A stretch of 64,000 nt of DNA. Source: Octopus vulgaris (lineage: Eukaryota). Under the pieces are notes generated by a model. It did no database searches. It had not been told where the DNA came from and worked only from the letters and a program-made list of their open reading frames with translations. Made by a program: the position numbers and the translations under genes. This document shows, one piece after another, positions 25,295 through 37,188 of this stretch; position 1 is the stretch's first letter, and the number at the start of each line of letters is the position of its first letter. Location: the NCBI GenBank assembly GCA_951406725.2, contig OX597823.1, positions 43,090,001 through 43,154,000 of the forward strand, given 5' to 3'.

Positions 25295-26409
25295 GTTCAC
25301 AAACGTTACAACAGGAAGTACAGAGTGGGTTCCATTTTAAACGATGGTAGTAACTAATAACAAAGGGGAAAAAAAGCGATAAAACATTAGCTACATGAAG
25401 ACCCGTTACCACCTGTCTAAGTTCAGTACCGCTACATCAATGGGCATTAGAAATATGAGAGGTTTTTTCCTTCAAACCCTGTATATATCGTGGAAGGAGA
25501 AAGAGACAGAGAGAAATGAACCTGTGTGGTATATAGATAAGCTAAACTAATATCAAATATTTAGCTGAAGATATGTAAGCTTGTAGGGGCTTTACGCTCA
25601 GCTGGTGGCTTAGAAATATCATTTTCAGGTATCTTGCAATGATCGAAAAACTAACATAGAAAAGAACGAGTATGGATCCTTCAAGGTGGTTTTTCGCCCC
25701 AATGAGACAACATTAATCCAACGGTAACGATAAAATAAAATAAACTGATATAACTGCGCATTATTTAATAAAACAATTTCAAATCCTTGAATTAATAAAC
25801 TACCAGAGAACGTATGTGATTAACTGCTTATATTTAGTTCTGATTATTTATTTGTTTCTATTTTTGTTGTGCGTCTCTCTCTTTTTTTTTTTTTTTTAAT
25901 TTTTGTTGTGGTTTTTGTTTTAATTCTGGTGCAACGTGCAAAACCACAATTATACGGAAAGGCTATGTGATAAATAACTTTTATCTTTGCTAGACAAAGA
26001 TTGTCAATTGAAGCACAAAAGTAGGTTTTATCACGATGTGTTGGCTATATATTCATGTAACTTGATAGCGCTTCCCGGCAAATATTCGGACAAAGAAAGA
26101 AAGAAAGAAAAAAAAGAAAGAAAGAAAGAAGATTAAATAAAGAAGATAAGAAACGAAGTACAGAAAGAAAGAAAGAAAGAAAGAAATGGAAGTATAAAAT
26201 TGATGTGGTGATAGTTTGAGATGGTATGGTGAATATTTATACGATATCTTCTAGCCACACGAGATGTAGAATGTCAAACAAACATCGTTTAGCAAGGCAA
26301 CTGGAATGGCGCATTATGTAAACAAAAACCAAACGAATTCTGAGGGAGGTTGTACGGGGAAGAACTGAAGACGTCCAAACAGTCCAAGGAAATGATAACC
26401 TACACATGT

Positions 26410-26533
<124 letters not shown>

Positions 26534-26691
26534 CGCTCATAGAGATTTAAAGATATGCTCTGACACAAAGACACCCAAAATACACACTTAGGCAGACACA
26601 CACACACATACATACACAAACAGACACACATGCACGTATATAAATATATATGTATGCGTGTGTGTGTATGTACGCATATGCACACACAAAC

Positions 26692-26732
<41 letters not shown>

Positions 26733-27081
26733 CATATATTGTGACACATACAGACACAAAAGCTCACAAAACCCATATGTATATATGTATATATATATAA
26801 TGAGAGAGAAAGATATTTTTATTAAGATATGAAAGCGAAGCGGTGAAGTTAAGCAAAGGTTAGGTGTCCTGTTAAATGAAACTGACTTAAAGTCTGTGGC
26901 GGCTGTGTTCAAAAGCCCGCAAGGGAATTATATAATAACCCTTCGTCTCTTCGAGAAAATTTGAAAAGTGCACCTGTGATTGGTAGTTTAATGATACAAA
27001 TGAAGTGGGTCTTATGTAAGGTTTTCTACATTAGTAGTCTTTATGACTAACTGCAAGAGAATAAGCGATATGCATGCATAC

Positions 27082-27136
<55 letters not shown>

Positions 27137-27140
27137 CATA

Positions 27141-27576
27141 CAGGGTTGGACAAATTAAAGGAAACACTTAGCATCATAGCATCATAATTTTGAAATATCT
27201 ATAAAGCCGTCAAGAGCTTGTTGTTTATTTTTATGTTTTTTTAATTTATTTTTAGTGTTGTTTAATATGTTTTGCTACAATTGCTGTTTCTTTTCAGGTA
27301 TGATCAGAAAAAGGTTAATTAAAATTCATTAAAACGACAGATCTATCGGACTTTGACAGAGGACAACGTGTCGGTGCTCGAATGGCAGGCGCTAGCATAA
27401 ACATTACAGTACACAATTATTATTGCCAATATTCAATTACGCAGACTACCTACTGCGGAAATATTCTATTACAAGACTTCATGCCATTAATAAATTCTTC
27501 TTATATATTAATTAATATAGTCATCCATCCATATATATATGCATGTATGTAAATGTTAAATACATACATACATACA

Positions 27577-27607
<31 letters not shown>

Positions 27608-28285
27608 GATGGTTGCAAACTCGTGTTCGAATATTGCCATCGCCCGATCGAAAATCACACATATGCGAGATGTTAGATGTATCACGAAGTACTGTCTCGA
27701 AAGTAATGACAGCGCTTGAAAAAGAAGGAAAAACCTCCTCGTCAAAACAAAACTCCAGAAGAAAAGCAGAACTTTCAGATAGGGATTGTCAGTCTCTTAC
27801 GCGAATTGTTAGAAAGGATCACAAAAGTACAAATCCCCAAAATTACTGCAGAGCTTAATGACCACCTCGAGAATCCAGTTTCCACAAAAACTATTCGCCG
27901 GGAGCTGCACAAAGCTTTCAAAAACAAACGTTGAAAAGCGTTTAGAGTAGAGTAAAAACCTACAGAATTTATCCCTAGAGCAGTGGAAGAATGTTATTTT
28001 CTCGGACGAGTCATTCTTTACCTTATTTCGGACCACCGGCTGAGTATTAGTATGGAAACAGCCAAAAGAAGCATTTGACACAGACGGCCTTCTTCAACTG
28101 TTAAACATGGAGGAGGATCTGTGGTGATCTGAAGGGGGATTTATGTTGGAAATCCGCTAGCCTAATGGTTTCCCTTCATGGCAGAATTAATAGTCAGGAC
28201 TATTTAAGCATTTTATCGGATCAAATTCATCCTATGTTTGCGGAACTGTTTCCGGAGGGAAACACAGTCTTTCAGGATGAAAATT
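27141..28285 (+). mobile_element. Tc1-like DNA transposon remnant, 3'-truncated, with an internal insertion
   Basis: TA then CAGGGTTGGACAAA TIR; DLSDFDRGQRVGARMAGAS, VSRSTVSKV, VSTKTIRRELH, WKNVIFSDES, GGSVVI, VFQDEN; frameshifts and stops. Confidence 0.9.
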
Positions 28286-29985
28286 ATTGGTAGCCATCAA
28301 ATCCAGAATAAGTAGAAAAGCGAAAATATCTTATCACAAAACTGACCTACAGAGTTCTGTGTACCACCTGAGATTCTTCTGCTCGGGAGTTCCATATTTC
28401 AGCTTTTTATAGCATTCAGTGAAGCCTCTAGAAATTTCAGCAGAAATATTTGGTGGAAACTTCCACAATACTTACATTCAAGTCTGCAACTTATTTAGTT
28501 ACACACCGGCCAGTCTGATGTTCATGTTATGTTCAGGTAGGTGTTAATGTCGTTTTTGGCAATATAACTGGCCCGCAGCTGTAAATTTACTATCTGGACG
28601 AAATGCTTCGAAATGCAACAAAAATCTCGTAACCATGTTAAAGAAACTTGCTTTTGTTCAAGGGACAATATAAAGTACCGAAAGCGAGATAAAATTATGT
28701 GGAAAATGTGTTACGAAATAGAAGAGTCGCAATAGATCACACTATTACAGCTGTGTAAATTCGGACACTGCAGTGTTTCAATGAGTTATGTTCACCAATG
28801 TTAGGTCATTAAAACGATCGAAGAACCAAGAAAATATGAAATATTGCGTTGGAATTATATTGAATAAAAAAGTAAAAGAAAGAGCAAAAAATGCAACAAT
28901 TTCTGAAACTTTTATTTCAATCCTCCATACTTATATATACTTATACAATAAATATATTACGATATAAAATAAATTAATGTTAAGAGATATATGTAAAACG
29001 GATAGGTATATTTACACATTGACTTAGAAAAGCAGAGTCGCAGACACACACATCACACAAACATACAAACTCGCGCGCGCGTGTATACACAGATAAAGTA
29101 ACAACCGCAAACAGAAATAGATATATGCGTAATTATAAGTGTAGAGATGACACGTAAGTATGGAGACATTTTAACATATCAAACATATTTACTACTTATA
29201 AGCATACATACATACATAAACGCAACCAACTTCCATACAATCAAAGATATAGACGCACTCGTGCACCTAATTTATTCTTACATTCAAATAACACACATAC
29301 ATACAGACTCGCAGACCAAGAGAGAATATAAGAATAAAGCTGAACAAACTCTGGAATACTATTTTACTGTACTTTCTTCTTGTACACAATCCAAAGGAAG
29401 AACACTCCTGAAATTATCTTAAGAGATGTTGAGAGGAATGACTTAAGAAACAACACGAAAATAGGAGAGACTGTAAGGCGGTATTATACAGCCTGAGAGA
29501 GAGAGAGGGGGCGGGGAAGAAAGGAAACGTTTATAACGTTCAGTTACGTGGAAAGTATGATGGTCGATTAAACTCTTCTGTATAAGAAATAAATTCTTTT
29601 GTATAACAAAACTATCAAAAGAGCTACAAACAAATGAATGGTAATTTCTTCTAACTTTTATGAGAGAATCGAATTAAAGTTTATGTAATTAAATTATGTT
29701 ATGTAACATATTCTTCAAAATATTTACTTCGGAATATTAGTGTTCATATAATAAATTATAATTAATCGTAGCTGTTAAGATTGTTTGTAAAATATTTATT
29801 TATCTATCGGCGATTTTCTTGCCTGGCAAGAGATTTGATCTGAGACTGTGGGCTGAAACTAAAACAATACAATATGTTAAAGTCACTTAAAAATTTATTA
29901 TTTGGTGTAAAAATTTTCATCAGACCATCTAGTAACTGACACGCCTCCCCTCCAACTGACCTGATGTGTAGTTGTTGGTTAGTCA

Positions 29986-30029
<44 letters not shown>

Positions 30030-30079
30030 TATGTATATATATATGTATAGGCATATGTATATGGAGCTATTGATATATA

Positions 30080-30395
30080 TATTTATAGTCCAACCAAGTC
30101 AGTGACCTGAACTGAATCAGATGATCACATGGTTATGTCGAATAGGTTGCTATGGTTATTGCTATGGTGATTGGCCCGGCACCAGAGTTTGTTTACAAAA
30201 GAAATAAAGTTTTTGCGGACATTAAGTATTATGTTAATTTCTAGTGGGGTTAGGTTAATAAGGTTCCTAGCTCGAAGAAGAGCTTGATTTAGAAGTCTAG
30301 GAGAAATAGAAGAGTAGTAATTATTTATGTCGAATTGTAGGAAGGAATATGAGTTTTGTGTTTTTAGAAGTTGGAATAATGTAATAACTTCACCA
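30080..30395 (-). pseudogene. Fragment of a second, different PLE reverse transcriptase
   Basis: FLQFDINNYYSSIS..LLNQAL...IILNVRKNF...LW...FDITM*SSDSVQVTDLVGL* matches the PLE RT region FDI..FYPSI...FDVTMGS.DGAE...LVGL. Confidence 0.75.
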
Positions 30396-30457
30396 CGCAC
30401 ACATATATAGAGATAGAGATAGAAAGAAAGAATGAATGAAAATGCACACACACACAC

Positions 30458-30492
<35 letters not shown>

Positions 30493-30951
30493 TGTATGTA
30501 TGTATGTATGTATGTATGTATGCATGCATGCATGTATGTATGTATGTATGTATGTATGTATGTATGTATACACATATCACGCATGCATACAGGCGCAGAA
30601 ATTAATTGCTTATTCGAAAGTGCATTTGCAAATACGTGATTTCGGATTCAGTCTTATTATATGACACTTCCGGGAAGTGCCTTCTACTACAGATGCGCTG
30701 TATCTGAATTTTTTATATGGAATCTCTACTGACGCTTGTACATGCAGTCTATTCAGATATTTAAGCAGATATATAGAGTCAGCAGCTGAGATCCAGATGT
30801 TCTCATTATAGGCAACACTTTGTAGCGATCAAATGATTTGAACTTATACTTCGAAATCATCACCGATGTCTAAGACCGCAGAGTAAACAGTGGGCTATAA
30901 GTGGAATCCAGGTGAGTATAAATGGAGGTAATGATGAAAATATGTATATAT

Positions 30952-31550
30952 CATCATCGTCGTCGTCGTCCTCCTCCTCCTCGTGGTCGTCGTGATCATC
31001 ATCATTATCTTCAGTCATTTACAGACGGAATTATAACGCCTTTCACTTTCTGCCTCCAGCCTTCCTTGTCCCCCGTCAAGATATTAATTTCAGAATAAGA
31101 GTTTATAACAGTATCCTCTTTGGCTCGTCCTCGCCGCCTACTTCTTAATAGTGACCAATAAAAGATTCAAAACCGGTTAGTCCCCAATTCTGTGGTAATG
31201 CCCAGCAAAGCGTGATCTCTACCGAATCGTGTCTGACAGCTGTGGTGGGGGGCGCTTTCCATAGCTGTTTGTTTGTTATATACGCTCTCACAGCAGCTGA
31301 TGTTTAAATTTCTTGTCGTTAGGTTCGAATGGTTGATTTTTTTTTTTTATTTTTCTAGCTTTCAAGAATTGTAAAGCACAACAACTTCTTTCTAGACATG
31401 CCCTGAAAATTCTAGGTTTCAGTTTACTCTCCAAGTTAAACCTAGACATTTTGTCTAGCTTATTTATTACAGCACTTGCCAGTAACTTGCTTTGCATTAA
31501 AATCAGCCTTGCTTTCCAAGATATGAGTCTAAATATTTTAACTGTTGTAC
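30952..31550 (-). mobile_element. Degenerate RTE-clade LINE 3' fragment
   Basis: KLLASAVINKLDKMSRFNLESKLKPRIFRACLE resembles the RTE post-RT region; (GAT/GAC)n tail at ~30952-31010. Confidence 0.6.
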
Positions 31551-31559
31551 ACACACCCG

Positions 31560-31610
<51 letters not shown>

Positions 31611-32025
31611 ATATATATATTATATTAAATTAGAGACAAAACCACTATTAGGCAAATATATATATTTAGGTTTGGTAGCATAAACAGAACAGATATTGCT
31701 CACACACATATGCGTACACATACGCTATATACAGGCATTCCTTCACCATTTACCTTTGAGGATTAATGCACTTCAGCATTTGCTGATATTTCTCTTTCTC
31801 CCATGATAAAATAAACTTTTAAATCTTCAGATATAAAACGCCATGTCACCCAATACCAAAAACGTTATCTGTATGACAGCTTGTATGCACTTAAATCTAT
31901 TATACATAAGATGAAACTACACACAAACATTGAAATGTGTGCATGAGTGCGTGTGAGCCTGCTAGTTCTGTGTATGCTGTCTGAGTACGCATATACATAT
32001 GTGCATATATATGTAGATAGATAGG

Positions 32026-32059
<34 letters not shown>

Positions 32060-32090
32060 CATATATACATACATACATACATACATACAT

Positions 32091-32180
<90 letters not shown>

Positions 32181-32279
32181 TCAATATAGGGTGGCAAAAA
32201 AAATTTTGTAGAATTCTTTTGCCACCAGCGGCCTAGTAGGAAAAAATTAAAATAGTCATAGACCATTTTTAAGTTCAAC

Positions 32280-32708
32280 ATCAACAATAAAGGAACGGCC
32301 ATAATAGGCCATTCACCCACTAGAAATAACAGCCAAAGCTTCAACCGCAAATAAAAGTTAATTCAGTAAACCAGGAGAAAATTTAAAAACATTTACCCTG
32401 TAATTTCTTATACGATATACCGTTTCATCTGCTGATTAATGGTAAACTAACCTGATTAAATTAAATCAAGCCAATCTTCCACAGGCCCTCAGATTCTGAG
32501 GGCCTGTGGAAGATTGGCTTGATTTAATTTAATCAGGTTAGTTTACCATTAATCAGCAGATGAAACGGTATATCGTATAAGAAATTACAGGGTAAATGTT
32601 TTTTAAATTTTCTCCTGGTTTACTGAATTAACTTTTATTTGCGGTTGAAGTTTGGCTGTTATTTCTAGTGGGTGAATGGCCTATTATGGCCGTTCCTTTA
32701 TTGTTGAT
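32280..32708. repeat. 429-bp near-perfect palindrome (214-bp arms, 1-nt centre at 32494)
   Basis: Centre GGCCCTCAGA-T-TCTGAGGGCC; I saw only two single-base indels between the arms. Confidence 0.97.
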
Positions 32709-33166
32709 ATATATATATATATATATATTCATGCGTTACACATAGATAGATAACAGAAAATGATACAGACGCATATACAGAAAATAAATATGAAGATATG
32801 TTCTGGTGGAAAAAAATGTTTTCTGTTTTCACGATTCTTGAATGCTTCAATAAGCTATACAACGCATTGAGTGTGATAAGACATAGATATATTTATTTTG
32901 ATATCTATGAAGAAATGAGCTGGTCAATAGTCTCACACTGTCTCTCTATGTATGTGTGTATGTATGTATGTATGTATGTATGTATGTATGAATATATGTA
33001 GGTAGGTAGATAGGTAGGTAGGTAGGTAGGTAGGTAGGTAGGTAGGTAGGTAGGTATATAGTATATGATTGATTGATTGATTGAATGATTGATTGATTCT
33101 AGTTTCAGCTTATGAGCTGTGGCCATGCTGGGGCACCGCCATTTTGTGTTGCTACTTTGTTTCACT

Positions 33167-36100
33167 TCATGGAGGCTTTCTAGCAGCTGATATTTGGTGC
33201 ATGAGAGAGTTCGATGCAGCTGCCCTCATCTGCCCCTCCTGCCGTGAAGTTGGTTCATCTGGGACACCTGACAGGAAGAGATCCAGCTTCATTTTAAAGA
33301 CATCTGTATCCACCCCATGCAGGTCTCTCAGGTTCTTCGGGAGGATATTGAAGAGCTGTGGGCCTCGGAAGCCCAGGCTATCACAGTATCTTGTCCTACA
33401 TCTTGATGGCAGGTTTGGAGTCCTAGGCACCACGCAGTGGCGCCCAGTTCTGGCATTTGCGTAACTCTCGATGCCAAAGTTCAGGACACTTCCCTCCAGG
33501 ATCTTCCAGATGTATATTATGGCATATCTTTCCCGCCTACGCTCCAGGGAATATAATTTTAATCTCTTGAGTCTTTCCCAGTAGCTTACATTCTGCATAG
33601 AGGCTATCTTCTTTGTGTAGCTTCGTTGGATCGCCTCAAGTTCTGTGATCAACTTGACACTGGATGGTGACCATAGCTGAGAGCAATAGTCAAAGTGGCT
33701 TAGGACAAGTGTCTTCCAGAGGACCATCATGGTTTCTTGTTCTCTTGTTCTAAAGGTTCTAAGAATCCAGCCAGCCAGCCGTCTACATTTCATTGTCAGT
33801 TTAGCAACATGTACATGAAAGGTCGCGTCATCACTCATGTGAATACCCAGGTCACGCACTGATTGTGCCTCTGGGATTGCAATCCCTCCGGGTCCAGTGT
33901 ATTCATTGGGTATTGCATTCAGTTTTGCATGCTGATAGTATAAAGCTTGAAACTTTCCAGCATTGAACTGCATGCTATTCTTTTCAGCCCACTTGTATAT
34001 TTCGTCCAGCTCACATTGCAGGTGTTTAGTGTCCTCAGGGTTTTGTATTGCCTGTGAAACTTTTGTATCATCTGCATAACTTGTGATCGTGGCTCTCTGC
34101 GTGGCTGAGGGCATGTCTGAGAGGGCCATTATGAACAGTAGTGGTCCCAGAACAGTGCCCTGCGGAACACCGCTCACTATTTGTGTGTTAATGGAGGTGG
34201 CCCCATTGGCTACTACCACCTGACTTCTATCCTTCAGAAAGTCATGAAGCCATTCTCCCAGTTTTCCAACTATGTTGAGATCACGCAGTTTGTGACATAT
34301 CATTCCATGATCGACTTTATCAAAGGCCTTTGCAAAGTCGAGATATATCACTTCCACATTTGAGTGGTTGAGCAGCCGTTTCAGCACCCAGTCATAGTGT
34401 TGTAGGAGCTGAGTTAAACAGCTTCTCCCTGGTCGGAAACCATGTTGGGTGTCGGGCAGCAAGTCATTCTCTTCAAGGAAGGTGATCAGCTTCCTTCTGA
34501 CTATTCGTTCCATGACCTTGCTGATGTGTGAGGTCAGAGAGATAGGTCTATAGTTCTTGGCTTCCGCTCTGCTACCTCCTTTATGAATGGGGCATATTTT
34601 ACCTTCCTTCAGTTTTCCTGGAAGTTTGCCAGCTGCAAGGAAGCTCTGAAAGAGGAACTGCAGTGGTCTTGCTAGGACTCTCTTACATGCTTTTAGGAGG
34701 ATTGCCGGGAATCCATCGGGGCCAGTAGCTGAGTCTGTTTTCATTTCATCTATAGCCTTGGTTACATCGTCTTCCTTTATATCGATGTAATCTATCGTCG
34801 CCGCCTCTGATTTTATATCTGCAGTGGTAAAAAAGTCAGTTGGATTGGTGATTTGGAGATGCCCAAGGGGTGGAGTGAAAACACTCTTGAATTGCTCATT
34901 CAGTATTTCACTTACCCTCATTGGTTTTCCTGTAAGTGTGCCATCCTTTTCGAGGAGTGGCCCTATTCTACAGTGCACTGTAGCTGTTTCTTTGGCATAC
35001 CTGTAGAAAGCTCTGGGGTTAGATTTTATGTTTTCTATAGCCCAGGCTTCTTTGTCTGCTCTTTCTTTTTCATGGGAGAGTTGCAGACATTTTTCGATTT
35101 CCAACAGTTTTATTTTTAGGCGGGACTTTTCACTGCTTTCAATCTGTTTGTTTAGGCGATTTGAAAATTTCGTACGCCGTCTCATTAAAATTTTCCTCTC
35201 TCTGGGGATTTTGTTCTTGTGTACAGTGGCCTTTCTCTCTGGGACACATTTGTAGCATATGGCTTGCATTACAGACATGAATTGTTGAAGTTTCACGTCG
35301 ATGTCTGGCGAGGAGAGACATTTAGGCCAGTTTTGTTTGAGGATCTCTTTCTCAATTTGTTTCCAGTTTGCCTTATGGTAGTTCAAGCTGGAAAGATTTT
35401 GAGGGTTTCTTGTAGGCTGCATGTCCGTGCTCTCTTTTGGCCCGTACATGGTCAGCTCTATCATGTTGTGATCCGAGAGTAGTGTCGGTGTCACTTTCAC
35501 ATTATGGATGAGATCCATGTCATTTGTGAAGCAGAGATCCAGTGTGTTACCTGCCCTGGTTGGTTGGAGTATTACCTGCTCCATGTACAGGGTGTTGATG
35601 AGGTTCAGGAGGGACCTCGCCTGTCCTCGTTCACATCTTGTCATTCCTGGGAGAGAAAGGCCCTCGGGCCATCTGACATTGGGCAGATTGAAGTCTCCCA
35701 TAAGAAGCACACCTATGTGTTGTTCTAATGTGGTTAGAATTTCTTCTATTTTTATAAGGCAGTCTTCAAACTTGCCCACATGGCTTGGGGCATCTGGAGG
35801 GCGATATGTAGCACACACAACTACATCAAGTTGCCTAATATGTACAATTAGTGTGTCACACACCGAGTTTGAGTATGACAAGAGGACCTGGGGTGTGAGG
35901 TCCTCACGGATGTACATAGCAACACCTCCATGACTCCTTTCTTTCCTGTCGGTCCGTAGTACAGCATACTGTGGTATGTGTAACTCCGCATCTGCTATGT
36001 CCGGTTTCAGGTGCGTTTCTGTAAGTGCTATGCATAAGGCTTGATTGCATGCAACAAAGTCTCTCAGGAACGGGATCTTTGTCCTGTTACTGAGTGTTTG

Positions 36101-36271
36101 CAGTCCTCTGATGTTCAGTAGGAGTATCGAGGTGAGGTGTACGTTGTTGCCGGCGGTGTCCATCCTGTGTCTGTTTGCTGTGGTGGTCTGGTATATAGTG
36201 GGTAGTCCCACCTGCGGGCTTGGGTTTGATGAAGCCAGGTCAGCTGCTGTACAATCTTTTGTGCCATGCAC
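33167..36271 (-). CDS. LINE ORF2: apurinic-type endonuclease plus reverse transcriptase (likely start Met37 at 36163)
   Basis: LNIRGL, LTETHL, GGVAMY, YRPP, GDFNLP, LDLCF, SDHN; NYRPISLTS, QHGFR, YLDFAKAFD, GVPQGTVLGPLLF, YADD; CR1-type YWERLKRLKLYSLERRR. Confidence 0.97.
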   Translation of the reverse strand: MHGTKDCTAADLASSNPSPQVGLPTIYQTTTANRHRMDTAGNNVHLTSILLLNIRGLQTLSNRTKIPFLRDFVACNQALCIALTETHLKPDIADAELHIPQYAVLRTDRKERSHGGVAMYIREDLTPQVLLSYSNSVCDTLIVHIRQLDVVVCATYRPPDAPSHVGKFEDCLIKIEEILTTLEQHIGVLLMGDFNLPNVRWPEGLSLPGMTRCERGQARSLLNLINTLYMEQVILQPTRAGNTLDLCFTNDMDLIHNVKVTPTLLSDHNMIELTMYGPKESTDMQPTRNPQNLSSLNYHKANWKQIEKEILKQNWPKCLSSPDIDVKLQQFMSVMQAICYKCVPERKATVHKNKIPRERKILMRRRTKFSNRLNKQIESSEKSRLKIKLLEIEKCLQLSHEKERADKEAWAIENIKSNPRAFYRYAKETATVHCRIGPLLEKDGTLTGKPMRVSEILNEQFKSVFTPPLGHLQITNPTDFFTTADIKSEAATIDYIDIKEDDVTKAIDEMKTDSATGPDGFPAILLKACKRVLARPLQFLFQSFLAAGKLPGKLKEGKICPIHKGGSRAEAKNYRPISLTSHISKVMERIVRRKLITFLEENDLLPDTQHGFRPGRSCLTQLLQHYDWVLKRLLNHSNVEVIYLDFAKAFDKVDHGMICHKLRDLNIVGKLGEWLHDFLKDRSQVVVANGATSINTQIVSGVPQGTVLGPLLFIMALSDMPSATQRATITSYADDTKVSQAIQNPEDTKHLQCELDEIYKWAEKNSMQFNAGKFQALYYQHAKLNAIPNEYTGPGGIAIPEAQSVRDLGIHMSDDATFHVHVAKLTMKCRRLAGWILRTFRTREQETMMVLWKTLVLSHFDYCSQLWSPSSVKLITELEAIQRSYTKKIASMQNVSYWERLKRLKLYSLERRRERYAIIYIWKILEGSVLNFGIESYANARTGRHCVVPRTPNLPSRCRTRYCDSLGFRGPQLFNILPKNLRDLHGVDTDVFKMKLDLFLSGVPDEPTSRQEGQMRAAASNSLMHQISAARKPP

Positions 36272-36498
36272 AAAAAAGATTGTTGCTCAGCAGCTGCTCT
36301 TTCGACAACATCATGTTGGCTGTTTGTGGCGCGCACAACATCTGCGTACCTCCGCTTTGGGGCAGGTGGTGCGTGGTCCATCCCTTTTCTTTGTGTTGAT
36401 GGTTTGTCCATCTGCCTCGTGTCTCTGTGGCAGGGTCCCCGATGTGCAAAGCGGCAGCCTGCACCTTCCTTTCCATGCCAGCAGGAACCTCTCAGGTA
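36115..36498 (-). CDS. C-terminal remnant of LINE ORF1 with a partial CCCH-type zinc finger
   Basis: The frame of ORF 36115-36411 extends upstream as YLRGSCWHGKEGAGCRFAHRGPCHRDTRQ and overlaps the ORF2 start. Confidence 0.65.
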   Translation of the reverse strand, partial: YLRGSCWHGKEGAGCRFAHRGPCHRDTRQMDKPSTQRKGMDHAPPAPKRRYADVVRATNSQHDVVERAAAEQQSFLCMAQKIVQQLTWLHQTQARRWDYPLYTRPPQQTDTGWTPPATTYTSPRYSY

Positions 36499-36537
36499 GA
36501 AGGAACCTCTCAGGTATACATATATATGTATATTAAT

Positions 36538-36541
<4 letters not shown>

Positions 36542-36626
<85 letters not shown>
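36542..36626. repeat. (GATA)n microsatellite
   Basis: Direct reading. Confidence 0.95.
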
Positions 36627-36627
<1 letters not shown>

Positions 36628-36819
36628 AGTGACAGATATTCATATGCGAATACATATAATATAATCACCAATCTTGATTAACCCTACAGAACACTGGATG
36701 ATAGTGTAACTGATAATATATATGCATATGTATATGTGTGTAAATGCGCGTATGCTTATGTATATGCACACATTTGCATATGCATGCCAGTCCAAATATA
36801 CAGAAGTATACGTATGTAT

Positions 36820-36863
<44 letters not shown>

Positions 36864-37106
36864 GTCTTACTATTTACGTAGAGGAATATGTATGTCCGTA
36901 AGCAAGTATCCATACGTTAGCAGAATCATTTATATGCACAACAAACATACATTCAAATACATACACTTACTCATAATTGCATATGAATGATTACAACTTG
37001 AAAACAGTAAAGAAACACAAATTCACTGTGACGTGAAACTCAATGCTGGTACTTAAATATGTATACGTTTGTATGTCTTTGCTTGTATGCTTATTTGTTT
37101 GCTTGT

Positions 37107-37188
<82 letters not shown>

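Larger units (their letters stand above)
33066..36516 (-). mobile_element. CR1-clade LINE, 5'-truncated within ORF1, with an (AATC)n tail
   Basis: ORF1 remnant, intact ORF2, short 3' UTR with a stem-loop, and (GATT)n at 33066-33098 on +. Confidence 0.92.

Noticed and set aside
32495-32600. Hammerhead inside the palindrome arm (CTGTGGA...GAAACGGTA)
   Set aside because: I could not draw consistent stems I and II.
33052-33066. Target-site duplication for the CR1 LINE (AGGTATA at both ends)
   Set aside because: Short, low-complexity and overlapping the 5' duplication; not reliable.
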